This document shows, piece by piece, positions 63,134-64,000 of a stretch of DNA of 64,000 bases. Below the pieces are notes generated by a model. It was not told the origin of the DNA and did no database searches. It saw only the letters and a list, made by a program, of their open reading frames with translations. The stretch is from Amphiscolops sp. MND2022 (Eukaryota). The stretch spans positions 98,954,001 to 99,018,000 of the forward strand of contig OZ076409.1 in NCBI GenBank assembly GCA_964187785.1, in the 5' to 3' direction. Every line of letters begins with the position of its first letter. Within the stretch, counting starts at the first letter, position 1. The translations under genes were made by a program, and so were the position numbers.

Positions 63134-64000
63134 TTAGGAGATCAAGTTGCTTCGTGCGTAGCTCTGCATATTTTGGTGTTGAGAAGGTGATATGCATTCA
63201 TACTCCAATAACTTGTCTATAATTGCAATAATTTGTTCATTAATCAAAAAACTATCATTTCCTCCAACTTTTTCAAAATAAAGTAGTTTCAATTGATCCA
63301 CTAATTCGTCTGGGTCAGATGGGAGGAAAATGTACTGTTGTGTGGAACTTCGTGCGTAGCTTCGCGTGGAGCTTTCGCCATTTGCGTAGCTTCGTGATAG
63401 CTTTCGCGTTAGCTTCCGCAATCCACTTCCTGTGAAGCCCTGCGTAGCTTCGCGTGATTGACCCTGTGTAGAGCTCCCCGCGAAGCCCTGCAAATCATGT
63501 GCTTGTGCAGAGCTCCCCACGAAGCCTTGCGTGTAGTCCTGTGCAGAGCTCCCCACGAAGCCTTGCGTGTGGCCCTGTGCAGAGCTCCCCGCGAAGCCTT
63601 GCGTGTAGCCCTGCAATTGATAGCGAGAGTATAATTCTTTAATAAATTGATATCTGATTGATTTTTTATCTCCATAATTTAGATCATATTTCATATCATT
63701 TAAGAAGTTATAAATTGAGTCCCAGTTATTTATTTGTTTGTCAAATTGTGTATTAGTTATAAAATATTGAAGATCTGGGTCATTTAAATTGTATGAATTC
63801 CCATTCTCGAAAGTTATTGTTGAACCTTTGATTAGTACTTGTTGTGGGTTATGGGGATTAATTGTGAATAAATTTGCGTTAGCTATCGCGGAGCTGTGTG
63901 CGGAGCTACGCGGATAGCCTTCTATGGGTTCTAAACTAAATTGACTTTTGTTTTTGTCGTTAAGTAAATTAGAAACTGTTTTTACAATACTAGAATCAAC
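63134..64000 (-). CDS. Polinton conserved protein, 5'-truncated by the window edge
   Basis: Frame is open from 64000 (VDSSIVKTVSNLLNDK...) through the called ORF 63694-63134; 12-aa repeats TQGFxGSSAQ; C-terminal LPSDPDELVDQLKLL..GGN..I.AIIDKL motif recalled from Polinton/adintovirus proteins. Confidence 0.72.
   Translation of the reverse strand, partial: VDSSIVKTVSNLLNDKNKSQFSLEPIEGYPRSSAHSSAIANANLFTINPHNPQQVLIKGSTITFENGNSYNLNDPDLQYFITNTQFDKQINNWDSIYNFLNDMKYDLNYGDKKSIRYQFIKELYSRYQLQGYTQGFAGSSAQGHTQGFVGSSAQDYTQGFVGSSAQAHDLQGFAGSSTQGQSREATQGFTGSGLRKLTRKLSRSYANGESSTRSYARSSTQQYIFLPSDPDELVDQLKLLYFEKVGGNDSFLINEQIIAIIDKLLEYECISPSQHQNMQSYARSNLIS

Larger units (their letters stand above)
52072..64000. 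mobile_element. Polinton/Maverick (adintovirus-like) element, left part; continues beyond the window
   Basis: Terminus AGTAGT typical of Polintons; dense intronless ORFs for pPolB, rve integrase, capsid-like protein and packaging ATPases. Predicted 6-bp TSD ATCAAC (52066-52071). Confidence 0.93.

Noticed and set aside
63995..64000. ATCAAC at the window end matching the predicted Polinton TSD
   Set aside because: Not preceded by the inverted terminus (TATACTACT) and lies inside an open minus-strand frame; coincidence.
52072..64000. Loss of adenain protease and penton genes
   Set aside because: The element is cut by the window edge, so absence cannot be judged.

Overview
AT-rich, repeat-dense metazoan genomic DNA. 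(1) 1-3.5 kb and most intergenic/intronic space: non-autonomous transposons (Helentron/DINE-like, hAT, Tc1/mariner, piggyBac-like, Academ-like and Mutator-like MITEs, tRNA-derived SINE-like pieces). (2) 3477-15332: a satellite of 228 x 52 bp whose monomer is the right end of an adjacent hAT MITE plus its 8-bp TSD plus flank. (3) 23506-27563 (-): an apparently full-length CR1/L2/Crack-group LINE with both ORFs open. (4) 52048-31017 (-): an intact 8-coding-exon SLC38A7/A8-like amino-acid transporter (500 aa, all GT-AG junctions in phase). (5) 52072 to the window end: left part of a Polinton/Maverick (adintovirus-like) element, inserted 23 nt upstream of that gene's ATG. It encodes a frameshifted protein-primed PolB, a probable major capsid protein, an rve integrase, two A32/FtsK-type ATPases and a predicted membrane-active protein. 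The most unusual signal is in the Polinton: about 30 clusters of GC-G(N1-2)A-GC motifs on both strands, many read through in frame inside its genes. Their variation follows the rules for extra-stable GNA/GNNA-loop ssDNA mini-hairpins. All family assignments are by motif recognition; no searches were run.
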